DNA of 64,000 nucleotides, from the NCBI GenBank assembly GCA_951406725.2, contig OX597817.1, positions 122,140,001-122,204,000 on the forward strand, read 5' to 3'. How positions within the stretch are numbered: the stretch's first letter is position 1; the number at the start of each line of letters is the position of its first letter. The stretch comes from Octopus vulgaris (lineage: Eukaryota). The position numbers and the translations under genes were made by a program. This document shows, in pieces, positions 40,905-54,812 of the stretch. The notes below the pieces were generated by a model. That model was given only the letters and a program-made list of their open reading frames with translations. It made no database searches and was not told the DNA's origin.

Positions 40905-42802
40905 GCGCGCGCTGTATATATACTTAATGTAGAATACATTTTCTCAGTTAGTAGCTGTAGCAAACACTTGTTATATTCTTTCAAAACAAGATTTAGATTT
41001 CTCTGGCATTTGCAACATAAGCTCTTCTCTACTGCGTATCTACAATTCGACGAGAATATTTACTCCCCAAAAAAGTAATTCTCAACATTCCAGTAATGAA
41101 ATAATGAAAGACTAGATGCACCGATAAGAGAAAAAAATGCTGAGAAACCATTATACCTACGTATATGTCTGTGTATTTATATAAAAATATTTACATATAT
41201 TTTTTATATACACACAGACAAACATATATATATTTATTAAAAAATTATGTAGTATATATGCGTGTATGTATGTGTGTGTATGTGTATATATATATATATA
41301 TATATCTTGTAAAGGTGTCATGTTGCTTATGTCAGTGTTTCTGTTATATTTTATGAAAAATATTGAAAATTCTGATTCTACACCTGCAAGCTGATAAATT
41401 AATCCCACGCTCAGATGTTATACAACAAATAGGAGATATAGAAAATGCCAACAGATGTAATAAAGACGTAAATTTCAATAATATTGGAAAACACTGTTGA
41501 ATAAATCAATCGAGAATAGGAAATATATAAATAATTAAATAAATATATAAATGATGAAAAAAAAATATATGTTGTAAATATATATAAATAATGAAAAAAA
41601 TATATATATGAGATAAAAAAAAAAAGTAACTGATGCTATGCAGAATCTAATCTTAGGTAAGTATATCTATCTTTGAATCAAATCGTCAAACGTAAGTATC
41701 GGATTTTTTTTCACTGACGAGTATGAATGAAAAGTGAGCAAATATTTCAACTTGATAGCATTCTGGAACTGCTTAAGCAGTATCACACTACATTGTGATG
41801 TGTTACTGTTATTGAACTATAAGAGTAATATTCCAAAAAGCTCTAAGGTAGAAAATCGTATCTATTTCTTTTGCTGTATGCCGTTTTGTATGAGTATTTG
41901 AGTATGTGTATGTCGTACGATGTAAAGAAAACCAAATAAATCACTTCTGTATATTCCGATAAAACTGCATATAGGAGAATAACATCATGTTATCAAATGT
42001 GTGAATCATAGAAAGGTTTTTGAGAATATCTTCTATTTAGAATATTACTCTTGCTGCTGTTGTTTCTGTAGAAATCACTCTTGTGTGATTGGTGAATTTA
42101 GGCCATACCTACTTGCTTCTTTTCACTAAACTCCCTCCCCAAAGCCTCTCTTTCATTCGTAACCAAAAATCTGGTTGTTATTGTTGTTGACTGTATTATT
42201 ATATTTTTCTATTTTTACAAAATACGAATAACGCACCGATAAGCTGAGAAATATTTTCTTTCAGTTCATGAACTAAGATGCCTGTATTCATTTTGAAACG
42301 TTAGCTTCGGTATAATTTAATCTACAACGTTACCTGAAAGTCTGTATCCGAATTGGGTAATCTAATAACAAAAGAAATCACACAAAGACACAAAATTATT
42401 CTGCGGTTCACGGGATATTTAATTTTAATTCTCCTTATCGAACTCCGTTGAAAGTTCACAAATGAGCGGGTCTATAACATAGCACAAACCTTATCGTTGA
42501 CAGGGGAAACGTGGCAAAGGAAACTATCGACAATGACTGACGTACAGATAATGGGAAGTATCAGTACACACACCAACACACACACACACACATATACAAG
42601 CTCGTGTATATATATCTAAATATGTGTGTAAATATATATACACACTCACACATATGTATATGTATATATATATTTACACATATATTCATACATATATATA
42701 CATTTAAATTCATATATATGCATATACGTACATATACAAAAAATATATATGCATGCATAACATAAATATATACGTTCATTTACACACACACACACACACA
42801 CA

Positions 42803-42850
<48 letters not shown>

Positions 42851-42857
<7 letters not shown>

Positions 42858-43423
42858 CAAAATGGGACAAGAACGCAAAACACCCGGACAACTAGGTGAT
42901 ACAAAAAGGAACAACAAAACATCCAGATAGACGATAAAAAGAAAACAAGGACAAGTCATTCGAAGTATTCTATCTTCAGTCAAGAACCAGATTATCCTCG
43001 AAACTTGGGCTGATTATTCTTGAGATTGCTCAAATCTGGCCAGTCCCAAGAAAAAAACTAAGCTAAGAGCATTAGATTCCTTGGAAGAAAGCAGCGAAAA
43101 TATACAAAAACAAGGACGGAAAAAAACGGACAATGTTACACAAATATAAATACAAAAAAATACAATAAGATTAATAACAGGACATAACAACAGGTATCTT
43201 TCGACTAAGAACGAATTGAATTAAGCTGGCGCGTGTGGAAATGAACCCTTACGGCAGAGATACCAAAATTTCACAAACATAGGGAAGAATAACGATGTTG
43301 CACGGCCCACGGTCAGACCCAAAACGAAAGAGCAGGCTGGCCCATCGGTAACGAGGGAATTGAAGAGAGAGCAGTAGAAGCAGAGGGACAGAAGAATTAA
43401 GGAGGGGCGAGAAAAAATGACAG

Positions 43424-43427
<4 letters not shown>
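42851..43427 (-). mobile_element. diverged monomeric relative of the 864-bp tandem element, in (TA)n
   Basis: Collinear blocks shared with the 864-bp unit (AACATCGTT, GCGCCAG, AGTCGNAAGA, CTAATGCTC..GCTTAGTTTTT, AATCTCAAGA.TAATCAGCC, GGTTCTTGACTGAAGA). Confidence 0.85.
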
Positions 43428-43464
<37 letters not shown>

Positions 43465-44029
43465 TCACAATCACAACCACACGAGAGATTCTCACCTGGT
43501 AAAAATTCGAAATATTGTGTGTCCTAACACCCCTTCCACTTTTAAGCAATGATGTATTTTTAGCTTTTTGCATAAATATTGCTTGTTGCTTCAATTATGT
43601 GCGCACGCGCCTGTGTGTACACATTTGGAGAGGAAAAGCATGTTAGAGGCTTAAGCTTCTCTTGCTGTGTTCTATGTGGCCGATTATTCAGACGATTGGA
43701 AAGGAAAGTAGAATCACATGATTTACCCCCAAAATATTCGTAAAAGCCTCGAAATATAATTCGGCATCGAGATTTGGTTGATTGCCAAATAAAAAATCTT
43801 ATAAAATCCTTTTCAGATTCGTCTATTAAATAGTTGTATGCATAATACGTAGAATATTCGCCTATTCATATGCAAAAGCAAGTGATATTTTCATGTCTGC
43901 AGCAATGCATATGTAAAACAATACAAAAGCCAGGAAGGGTCTATTGTTTTACAGTTCATGAATATGAATGGTTTTTCTTTTCAATATGTGAATGCCTATG
44001 TAATATACAAACTCAAGTTCATGCATTGC

Positions 44030-44030
44030 A

Positions 44031-44112
<82 letters not shown>

Positions 44113-44254
44113 AGCATATACATATGCGCGTGCACACGCACCTGTGAGTGCGCGCGTGCATGTGTGCATATATATATGTATGTATATATGCATATAAATT
44201 ACGCATACATTCATACATCTATGCATGTATGTGTGTAGATATATACATACATTC

Positions 44255-44312
<58 letters not shown>

Positions 44313-44370
44313 TATATATATACACATTATTTATATATATACACACATTATATATATATATACATTATTT
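44030..44370. repeat. (ATCT)n and (TA)n microsatellite field
   Basis: Directly visible. Confidence 0.95.
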
Positions 44371-45272
44371 ACATAAATCGATATATGTATATAGTCAGAT
44401 ATACAGATAAAAGGATACTTAAGTACATATACACACGTACATATACATACATACATATATATAAATATGGATAATTTTTCATCAAAGCTGTAAGTGCTTC
44501 ATTAAAGTATCTTTCTCGCTCAAATTCAAATTACAATTTTTCTAATAGTAGTATTTCTAACGGGATAATATCCACTGGAAATAGTTTATTTTGCTAAGGC
44601 ATCCACACATGCGCACATCTAATTGAAAATAATTATTTGCCTCATAGACTATCATTTCAACCATACATATTCATGTCCGTTTGCTCATTTATATATAAAT
44701 GTATCTGAGTAATTTCATGACTTATACATTTATCAAAATAGCGTAATTAATCATTTTAAAAATTAATGTCATCTTACAACTTAATAACAGTGTGAGCATA
44801 AAATTGATTATACTCCAGTGTTTATTTTATTGATTTCTAAAGCTTTGATTTGATATATGCATGTACATACATGTACATAAGTATATGCGACTTTACGTAC
44901 ATACATACAAGCATATAAATGAGCATCCTTACATATCCATCAATCAATGTTTAACATCGCATACTAATAATACTCATAATTGGTTGCCTGGTCGTGTTAT
45001 CTTATGCTATTTTTCCTTCTTTGGCAGTCTACTACTTTTACTACATTTTCTCCTATATAATTACAGCTGATAATTTACCTCTCCACCTTCACCTCCTGCA
45101 ATTTCTGTTTCTCTATCTTTTGTATTTAATGAAGTCGATACCTCCTATTCTTACAATATTCAAATTTATTTACTGTTGTATATTACTTCTGTTTCGCCAC
45201 CGCTCTAAAAATGACTTTATTTTCAACACTCGAGCATTACCCGTCACATGATCGGTAATGTTGCAAAAATAA

Positions 45273-45502
45273 GGCGGCGAGCTGGCAGAAACGTTAGCAC
45301 CCCGGGCGAAATGCGTAGCCGTATTTCGTCTGCCGTTACGTTCTGAGTTTAAATTTCGCCGAGGTCGGCTTTGCCTTTCATCCTTTCGGGGCCGATAAAT
45401 TAAGTACCAGTTACGCACTGGGATCGATGTAATCGACTTCATCTCTTTGTCTATCCTTGTTTGCCCTCTCTATGTTAGCCCCTTGTGGGTAATAAAGAAA
45501 CA
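45273..45502 (+). mobile_element. SINE family B with 17-bp TSD
   Basis: TSD GGTAATGTTGCAAAAAT at 45254-45270 and 45503-45519. Confidence 0.95.
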
Positions 45503-47205
45503 GGTAATGTTGCAAAAATTATTGTTTATGAGAGATGTACTATATAAACAATGGGGTGGTTCTGGCTGGAACGTCTTTGATCATTGGTCTGCTTCATCAC
45601 AGCTGAGTTCGATATTAAAACATGAGCTTAGATGTTTTTATGCAGTCCCGAATTTCGTTACATGACTACGTGTCCCTAGGTTCGGTCCCACTATACAGCC
45701 CCTTAGACAAGTGTGTGCTACTACTGCTCGGATTGGTTGAAAGTTTTATGAGGAATATTTGATTAGTGGAGACTTTGTAGAAGCACATCGGAGAAACTGT
45801 TCAGATTCGGTAGTGGTATATTTAACTCGTTACTCGTTTAAGACCTACTTTCACTCGGTAGGATTTGAAGTCAGAACCGAACTGCAAACAGAAATCAATA
45901 ATGTAAGGTGATTTATTTAGTTTCATGTGTAACCTTGCCTACTAATATCTATCCTTCTGAATCTTAATATAAATTTCTTATATCAGCACCAGTTGAAACT
46001 TTTATAGTGAAAAGTATAGACTATTTAAGGAAGTCCATGCGTATCACTGGAAGATATAATATTAACAGTACAAGAGAAGACATAGAAACTCGAAACCGGT
46101 GAGATTTTATACCAGAAGGTAATAATAGGGTTGAATAAAACACTGCAAGAAAATCTCTTCTTTAATGTGCTGTTTCTGCTGCACACCTGAAGGATTTAAA
46201 ATTTGTTTCTTACATAGGTACAATATCATGCATTCTAGAGGCTGGATGCAAATCGACTTCATTAATCATCCTTACTATTTTATCTGATATTTAATTTATC
46301 ACCCACATAATACTAAAGGTGAAAGTCGATCTTTGCAGGGACTTTTATCCAAAGCAAGATCGACTCTGCCTTCTCACCTGTCTATGTCTTATTGTTCATA
46401 AATGTTTGATCCCAATTTCTGAATCATTCTCTAATCAAATTTTCCTTACCCTACTAGTTCAGTTGCATTTCGTTTAACATTTCGTTTAATAATTTATCTT
46501 TCGTTTATACGCAGCAAAAGAAAACGAGTTCACACTCCGTATGATTTGATGTATGCTTATATTTTTTATAGGTTTATTTTCAGATAAATACATTTCTACA
46601 TAACTATTTGCTTCTACCCTTCACTCAGATATAATTACATTCAAAATCTGAGCATTAACAATGTTAAAAAAAAAATCGAAATAATTTCAAGCTGACTCGA
46701 AGCGATTTACCTAATCATCCTTTAGAATAATTCCAATTAAATATTTAAGATGGCCACCTTCATCATTTTAAAACTACCTTAGGGCTATTTGCAATAATCA
46801 TATTACCTTATATTATTTTTTTCTCTGACAGATTGCTAATTATTATATTTTCATGTGATGCTTCTACACCTTACAAAAGTTTTCGAATGTTTATTTTATA
46901 CTTATACTTTATTCCTCGACCAATCACTGTTATTGATATCAGAACGCTTCCAGCGACAGATAGCCGGAAATATTTTCTTAATTTTCGTTTATTTACTTGC
47001 AGATGTATTTGTTTAGATATTTATACGTTTGATCTTAACTTTACCACTATTGAGATAAAGAGAAGCAGAAAAGGACTGGCGCTTTGCCAAGAGACAAAAA
47101 ACACAAATGTTGATAAGATGTATAGTAACTTTGCCAAAATCTCAACTATTAAACTTAATACTCTGACACAAACTTTAAAAACTTTCTTATTTGATTTAAA
47201 TTTAT

Positions 47206-47573
47206 AAAGACGGATTGTAGTATGTTAGTATTAATTTACTCTTCTAGTTAAATATATTTATGCAGACACACAAGAGGAGTTATGTGATGATCGTAGTCTT
47301 TTATAATTCTACTATGGCATCTCCTTTACGATGCGTGTCTGCATAAATATATTTAACTCGAAGAGCAAATTAATACCAACATACTACAAGCCGTCTTTTA
47401 AAAAAAGGCACTTTTCCGATGGCCGGATAATCGAAGAGATGGCGGTATACGAAACTCGGAGTTTTATCATGGTTACCGAATAATTGTCACATATTACATT
47501 TACAGATAAATTCCTCTATTTACATAATATCCAGGTCTCTTTCTTCCTTCTGTTGTCTTACCATTTTTATCAA
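47206..47573 (+). mobile_element. older fold-back PLE-type insertion with variant hammerhead, ending in (TA)n
   Basis: Arms 47206-47269 / 47335-47398; GATAA-TCGAAGA...GAAA-CTCGGAG-TT-TTATC at 47426-47468. Confidence 0.65.
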
Positions 47574-47949
47574 TATATATATATATATATATATACGCAT
47601 TATATAATGAGCTCGCACGCTTTCCATTACTGATGCATGTAATGTGTGTGATTCTTCCCACCTCTAGCGTACTTACTGGCCACATGAGACTACGGGTCAA
47701 ATTATTGTTTTGTGACTTCATTAGAGTTTCTTGCGTAGTTTCGTTTTAATATTTAATCTGACTTATTGATCCTGTAGCTAAATTCACAAGGTCTAGTTCA
47801 TTAACCAAAATGTTTTGCAGTGGAGTGGCAGCTCTTATTGCAATAGATTTTTTGTCCCACTAGTGATAGCTTGATGAACTAGAATGACCGAATACGTAAA
47901 GCCATCTCACAAGCTACGGCTAGAATGTACGAAATCTCTATTTCATATA

Positions 47950-48580
47950 TAGGTGTAAAAAAAGGAGCCCTTGGAGCTGAATGAGCATGAAATGGACGAG
48001 GAATTTCGAGTCCTTACTTGGCCAGAATGTACTGCAGTGCCTGAAAAAACATAAGACAACGGGATAGATGGTATAGCTCCTTAAAGATAGGAAGCAGATG
48101 TGCTGCAAACACACAATTGAGTAACACAAGTGCTTAGTCAAAAATGAGATAATGGTTTAATATTTGATAATGTTATAACAGCAATGATATAATGAAACAC
48201 CGTAGAATAATGGAGTAGTAGTGTAATAATAATTAAAGTGGAGCCAAACCTAGTTGCTATACTCAGAGAAGAACAAGCAAACTTTAGTGAACGTAGATGA
48301 GGAGGCAGTCAAATATTTGCTCTCAGCTGTTTTATACTGCAATCAAATGCCTCGTGATAAATATTTGACTATCGCACTATCAACTTTGAACAAAAATTTT
48401 ATATCGTTTTCCCACAGAATGATTATTTAAAATTATGAGAAAAATGTTTAATATATCTCAGAAATTTGTTGATATAATCAAGAACATTAATGAATGCATT
48501 ATTTGTAAAGTAATGGTAGACGGTGATCCAAGCAAACTTTTACACACACGCACGCACATACATGTATATACGTTTTCATG

Positions 48581-48611
<31 letters not shown>

Positions 48612-48615
48612 ATAC

Positions 48616-48667
<52 letters not shown>

Positions 48668-49830
48668 TGTATGTATGCATATATATATAAATAAATAAAT
48701 AAATAAATATATATATTGTAAATATATGCACATACAAGCATACATAGGGACACATAACATTTCTGCTGGTTAATGATTTTGTGACGAGAAGAAATTATGG
48801 AACAGACACAGACTGGGTTAATTAAGTGACTTGGATTATACAGATTATAAAGATGACATCGAACTGATGATCGTAACTAATGGAACCGATGCAAGTAAAT
48901 CTAAACAGGTGAGTTACTGACTGAAAAGAAAGCTGGATGTGTAATTAATAAAAATAAAATAAACATAGTGAGGTTTCAGAAAAACAATGGCCTTCATTGC
49001 TTTGTAGAAGGAAAAATTATTGAAGTCAGGAAAGACCATAATTATTTAGGAACAATTGTATTTATTTATGATTCTTCCTCTTATATAGAATTTCAAGAAA
49101 AGCTAAAGAATGCTGAACAAGTAAATGAGAATGTGGAAACTAGTGTGCATTTCAAACAAAATATCATCACATGCAAGAATGAAATGTGATATTTTTTGGT
49201 TGAAAAATGTGAAAATTAAGTCTTGAAGAGAACGCTGGGAATCAGTTTTAGCAACAGTACATGACTAATTGAAGGCTGACTTTGCTGTTGTGCTCACGAT
49301 AGTTAGATCGTAGGTTCGCTTCCCTAACTGGGCGGGGCGTTCTGTTCTTGAGCAGAACACTACATTTCACATTGCTCGTCTCTGTTCGATGAGGGGGAAA
49401 CGTTTTCCTGCTCACGTAGCCGGCAGGGTGGCGTCAATTGAAGGCTAAAACAATACGCAAGAGCGTTTTGTGACCAGCGATGTATAACAACATCAGATAG
49501 TCTGGTCGGTTACATAATCGGGTGAGACATGACTAATGATTCCATGAGTGATGTTGTTAACGAAAGGAATGCAAATATATTTGTGAAACTTTAAATATAG
49601 GAATGGACAGCCTATATAGCCTGAAGAGAAAGAAGTTTTATAAAACAAACTAACAATTAGTGATATAAAAAGAGTATAACACGTGGTAGAGTAAGAAAAG
49701 TATAACTAAAAGGGGCCATGATAGCTGTTGGTGAAGCTAAATGGAATAACAGGGAAGAAACAACTTGAAACGAATATATATATAACTTGAGACGTAAGTA
49801 TATGACGCGAATTTAGAAGAAATCTGAATG
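47950..49830 (+). pseudogene. ancient RTE-like LINE RT region, split by a microsatellite (48545-48740) and a SINE (49270-49526)
   Basis: Pieces in collinear order: [73 protein letters not shown]...VEGKIIEVRKDHNYLGTIV. Confidence 0.7.
49270..49526 (+). mobile_element. SINE with family-D-like head, 11-bp TSD
   Basis: GTTCTTGAGCAGAACACTACATTTCAC shared with the 17495 copy; TSD ACATGACTAAT at 49259-49269 and 49527-49537. Confidence 0.8.
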
Positions 49831-49842
49831 TGAGAGAGTGCA

Positions 49843-49885
<43 letters not shown>

Positions 49886-50191
49886 GTATGTGTGTGTGTA
49901 CGTGCGCGAGCAGGATGAGTGAATGGCTAGAATATTTTTAGCACTGACGAGTCAACCCAAACCTTATGAGAGAAATCTGATAGATGGAAATTGTGTTGAA
50001 GCAGACCAAGTGTCTTGCATTGATAATTTTAATATCCAGCTTTGTTATGCTGTGATACGATGATTGTGTCTGAGAATTATGTCACAGACGCTTATATTTT
50101 ACTACAATGAATAGGAAATACAGTTGATCGAACATGAATATCCATTTTCGAATCCGACAGCGATCCGTTTCTTTTTGTTTATGTACATGCT

Positions 50192-50237
<46 letters not shown>

Positions 50238-50449
50238 TATATAAATATACTGACATCATCTTTAAGAATTAATGAACTTTGAAATCTGTTTATTTACTTA
50301 ATTATCTACATTACTCATATATAGCTCAACCACTAGATGTCTAGACTATATTTTACTATAGTACGGACACTTATATTATTTTGCAACTTTTATATATATT
50401 GTACTAAACTATCCATTTTGTTGTGTGTGTGTGTGTGTAAAATGCTTTT

Positions 50450-50630
50450 ATTATCACAAAACTGTTCCGCAGTTTCACGTTTCCGTTCGTTGGACAGTTG
50501 TCACCACAACTGCCCGAGGAATGGAAACATGAAACTCTGAGTAACAGTTTTGTGATAATTTTGCAACCTTAATAAAAGCATGTTACTCTAACCACTAGTA
50601 TTCGATAACTATTTATTCCACCTTCTTTTG
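50450..50630 (+). mobile_element. decayed fold-back PLE-type insertion with mirror hammerheads (family of 32463)
   Basis: Arms 50450-50501 / 50506-50559; CCGAGGA-ATG GAAA CAT-GAAA-CTC T GAG-TA-ACAGTT; tail homologous to 32490-32545. Confidence 0.75.
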
Positions 50631-50666
50631 TACGTATGTGCGCACTTCTGTGTAAGTGTGTATGTG

Positions 50667-50770
<104 letters not shown>

Positions 50771-51638
50771 AAAGTAATGTTTCCAAAAATGTTTTCGAGA
50801 GATGTATAATCGTAGCGGATACCGTGTTCGCTCTTATCAGTTGTCAGTGCCGGCTAGCCACAGTGAATGTTGATGAAGCTCAATTTAGTTAAAAGTTCCT
50901 ATACTCGCTTAATCCTCACTTGGTAAATTCAAATGTTATTATAACGATTACATAGTTCCCGTAGAGAAAATAATGAAATTCATAGATCCGAAGAATGGAG
51001 ATTTGCACACCAAAGTTTTATTTCTTCAGTTAATTATATTGTCGTAAGTTTGAGCTACAAGTGGCCTAGGCCAAGCTTAACCTAATAGCACCAGTTGGAA
51101 AAGACATTTAATAACGTGTGTAAATGTATGTGTCTATATTATAAAGGTAGGTTTAGAGAAGAATATTGCTGAAACGAGTTAATGAAAGATTTTTTTGATT
51201 TTAAGTTGATAACTTACCCCGATCCTACCCATCGACCTTTGGGAAAGAAAAAGTTCACAATGTCAAAACAATTTATTAGCGAATATCGGATTCCATGACT
51301 CCCGAAGATAACAACCAATGGGATATTGGGTTATCATCACTCTAATCTAATCCTTCTCCCAGATAAAAATGACATCATTGGAACTTATGTCTAGAAAAGA
51401 TTAAGTCTAGAAGTATGGTAATTTACCTTCTTGAAGATGATCGCAACGGCGACAACTACGACGATGACGGTGACTATGATGATGATATATGGTGTGTGCG
51501 TGTGGATGTTATGTAAATGTGTTTCTACATATATGAGTTGGCACTAAGATTAATGTTATAGTGAAAATATCCCTGTTCGAAGTATACGTGTTTCGGCATA
51601 CAGAAATATTAGCTAGAGGCATATTTAACCCCTACCTC

Positions 51639-51679
<41 letters not shown>

Positions 51680-51869
51680 CTCTTGTGGTATATGCATTTG
51701 AAAAAGTGCCAAAAGTGACCAGATTCATACATCAATCATGATCTCATGGACGGATGGGCGTTAAAATGATGATGCATATGTCAGGTTTTAAGGCAGCATG
51801 GTTTCACAAACGTACCAAACACACACACACATGTACATATACAAATTAATATGTATCTGTGTATGTCTG

Positions 51870-51981
51870 AATATGTGTGTGCATATAAATATATATATAC
51901 ACAGACATGCACAGACATATATATATATATTTATACAAAAGTGTATGTCTGTGTATATAGCAGTATGTATATACATATATG

Positions 51982-52050
<69 letters not shown>

Positions 52051-52064
52051 CATGGAACATTCAT

Positions 52065-52095
<31 letters not shown>

Positions 52096-52106
52096 CATAC
52101 ACAGAC

Positions 52107-52145
<39 letters not shown>

Positions 52146-52201
52146 CAACAGTGTATATCTGTGTATATAGCAGTATGTATATATATATAATACATGAAAC
52201 A

Positions 52202-52236
<35 letters not shown>

Positions 52237-52240
52237 TGTA
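51870..52240. repeat. (TA)n field with a local two-copy duplication of ~200 bp
   Basis: TTTATACAA.AGTGTAT.TCTGTGTATATAGCAGTATG and ATAATACATG.AACATTCATATA each occur twice. Confidence 0.85.
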
Positions 52241-53062
52241 GTATATAGTACAAATATTTATATGTATATATATTTTACCTAAATGTTAATATATATTTAT
52301 ATATGTATATACGTATATGTGTGTGTGCGTGTGTGAGTGTGTGTGTGTAAGATATGTATGTGAGGGTATGTGTGCTTTAATGTCAATAACTCACAGTCGG
52401 GTAAGAGAGTCTACTCGAGTGAAAGTTTGTGTGTAATTGCTTTTTAACGTGTTGAAACTGTGCAGGCAGAAGCTGCACCAGAAATAATATCTCCAGTCGT
52501 ACATTGCCACTGTTAGTCTGTACATCACGTAGCAGACAGATCTAGAATGTGGTATTCCATGTAAATATATATGCACAAATATATAAACATTAGATATATA
52601 TATATATATATGCAAACACAGACACAGATACGCATACACACATGTTACAGACACAGACGCGCACAGACTGAGGCAGAAAGATTAAAAAGAGTAAATGAGA
52701 GGAGGGTTTTAGATATAAGTATATAAAATAACACAATTGCCTATATTTCAAGCCACTCATATAAACGTATAACCTGTGAACAGACACACATACGTGTGTG
52801 TATATGTGTGTGTGTGTGTGGAGAAAGAAGGAGAGAGAGATAGAGAGAGAGAGAAGTGGGGATTCAGTGAGAGAGAAAAAGGGATCAGATTCAAGTATAA
52901 GTAAAATGATATAAGTGCTTATTTATGTATTCACTCATGTAAATATACAAACTATGAACACACAGATATATATACATATATATATACATATATGTATATA
53001 TATGCATATATATTATATCGTATCATCATATGCACGAATCTTCTATTGCGTCTTAGATATAA

Positions 53063-53064
<2 letters not shown>

Positions 53065-53137
<73 letters not shown>

Positions 53138-53172
53138 CATATATACATATATATATATACATATATACATAT

Positions 53173-53213
<41 letters not shown>

Positions 53214-53246
53214 TATATACATATATACATACATATATATATATAT

Positions 53247-53314
<68 letters not shown>

Positions 53315-53334
53315 CATATATCATATGTACAGAA

Positions 53335-53382
<48 letters not shown>
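53065..53382. repeat. (TA)n/(TACA)n then (GA)n microsatellites
   Basis: Directly visible. Confidence 0.97.
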
Positions 53383-53387
<5 letters not shown>

Positions 53388-53873
53388 CGAGAAGAGAAGA
53401 GAGTGTAGAGAGAAAAAGAGATGAATTCACTACTGCGTCTCAGATCTAAATCTACGTATAACTTTACAAATCTTGAAGCGTTCTCTCAATCCGTAATAGT
53501 AAATCTGTTGACATATCTCCTTGTAAGCAATGGTATTATCGAATTTTATTTGTATAAGTGGCACATGTTTGCTGCTTTCGTTTCATTAGAGTCATGCTGC
53601 CGTTGACCTGTTAATTCCTCTTACATTCTATACACTGTACACAGTAATCTTATATACTTCATTCAGTTATACTTTCTGCATATAAGAGACAGTAACCCTG
53701 CGGTAAACTATGTGAGCAGATGATTATCCCTTAGATCAAATTATTAAACGGAGGTCCATAGATAGGTGACCTTCTTTTTCAGCTGAAGGAGGTACATTCT
53801 AGATTTGAGACTTCTTTTTTAGGAGACTGCTCAAGATTATTATAATTTTATTATGCTATTACTATTTAACTAA

Positions 53874-54062
53874 GGCGGCGAACTGGCGGAATCGTTAGCA
53901 CGGCGGGCAAAATACTTAGCGGCATTTCGTCCGTTTTTACGTTCTCAGTTCCAATTCCACCAAGGTCGACTTGGCCTTTCATCCGTTTGGATTCCATAAA
54001 ATAAGCACCAATCAAGCACTGGGGTTGATGTAATCAACTATCTCCCCACCAAAAAAAAAATA

Positions 54063-54124
<62 letters not shown>

Positions 54125-54182
54125 CAACAACAATAATAATAATAATTCAGGCCTTGTGCCTATTATAGAAAGAATTATTACT
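53874..54182 (+). mobile_element. SINE family B, alternative tail, with internal (AAT)n/(AAC)n expansion
   Basis: B head and core; microsatellite at 54061-54147; tail GGCCTTGTGCCTATTATAGAAAG. Confidence 0.85.
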
Positions 54183-54296
54183 ATACACTGTAATAAGCTG
54201 GCCTGCCAACTTTTGTTATTCTAGATTAGACTGAATACAGAAGTAACTATACTTTGATGTCACGGATGAGTAGTTAGGGAATATAGTCAATACGGT

Positions 54297-54652
54297 GGAG
54301 ACAATTTCGAAGCTCGCTATTCAATAAAGCTTTATGTTGAGCTGAGAAAAAATGCTACAAAAACTTATGGAATACTCCAGGTTGCTTATAGATTAAGTTG
54401 CATGAGCCGAACATCCGTTTTTCGCTGGCACAAGAAGCCAAGCAAAGCAAGTCCATCGGGAAGCTCATGAAGATCCTTCTTTTCGACTGCAAGAAAATCA
54501 TTTACATCCACTAGTTTTCCAAATTTATGGGAAATTTGGCCAAATGGTCAATCAAGAGTACCTTGTGAAAGTTTTGAGGGAGTTCAGGAAGAGATTTCGT
54601 TACAAGAGGCCAAAGCATTTGCACAAGGACAAAGCAACAGTCCACAATTGGA
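54297..54652 (+). pseudogene. internally deleted mariner transposase remnant
   Basis: EARYSIKLYVELRKNATKTYGILQVAY...MSRTSVFRWHK (HTH) joined to AKQSKSIGKLMKILLFD...GQMVNQEYLVKVLREFRKRFRYKRP..LHKDKATVHN (HQDNAPVH-like). Confidence 0.85.
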
Positions 54653-54679
54653 TGAGAGGGGCTAAAGCGACTGTGTCAG

Positions 54680-54812
54680 CCCTTATTTTATCGACCTCGA
54701 AAAGATAAAAGGTGACATCGACTACGGTAGCATTTGAACTTTGAGCATAAAATCGGAAAAAATGTCGCTAAGCATTTTGTTCGACGCGGTAACGATTCTA
54801 CCAGCTCGTCAC
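54680..54812 (-). mobile_element. diverged SINE family B fragment
   Basis: TTTATCGAC...TTTGAACT...GCTAAGCATTT...CCAGCTCG. Confidence 0.7.

Noticed and set aside
41710-41740. CTGACGAG...GAAA
   Set aside because: No credible stems; chance match.
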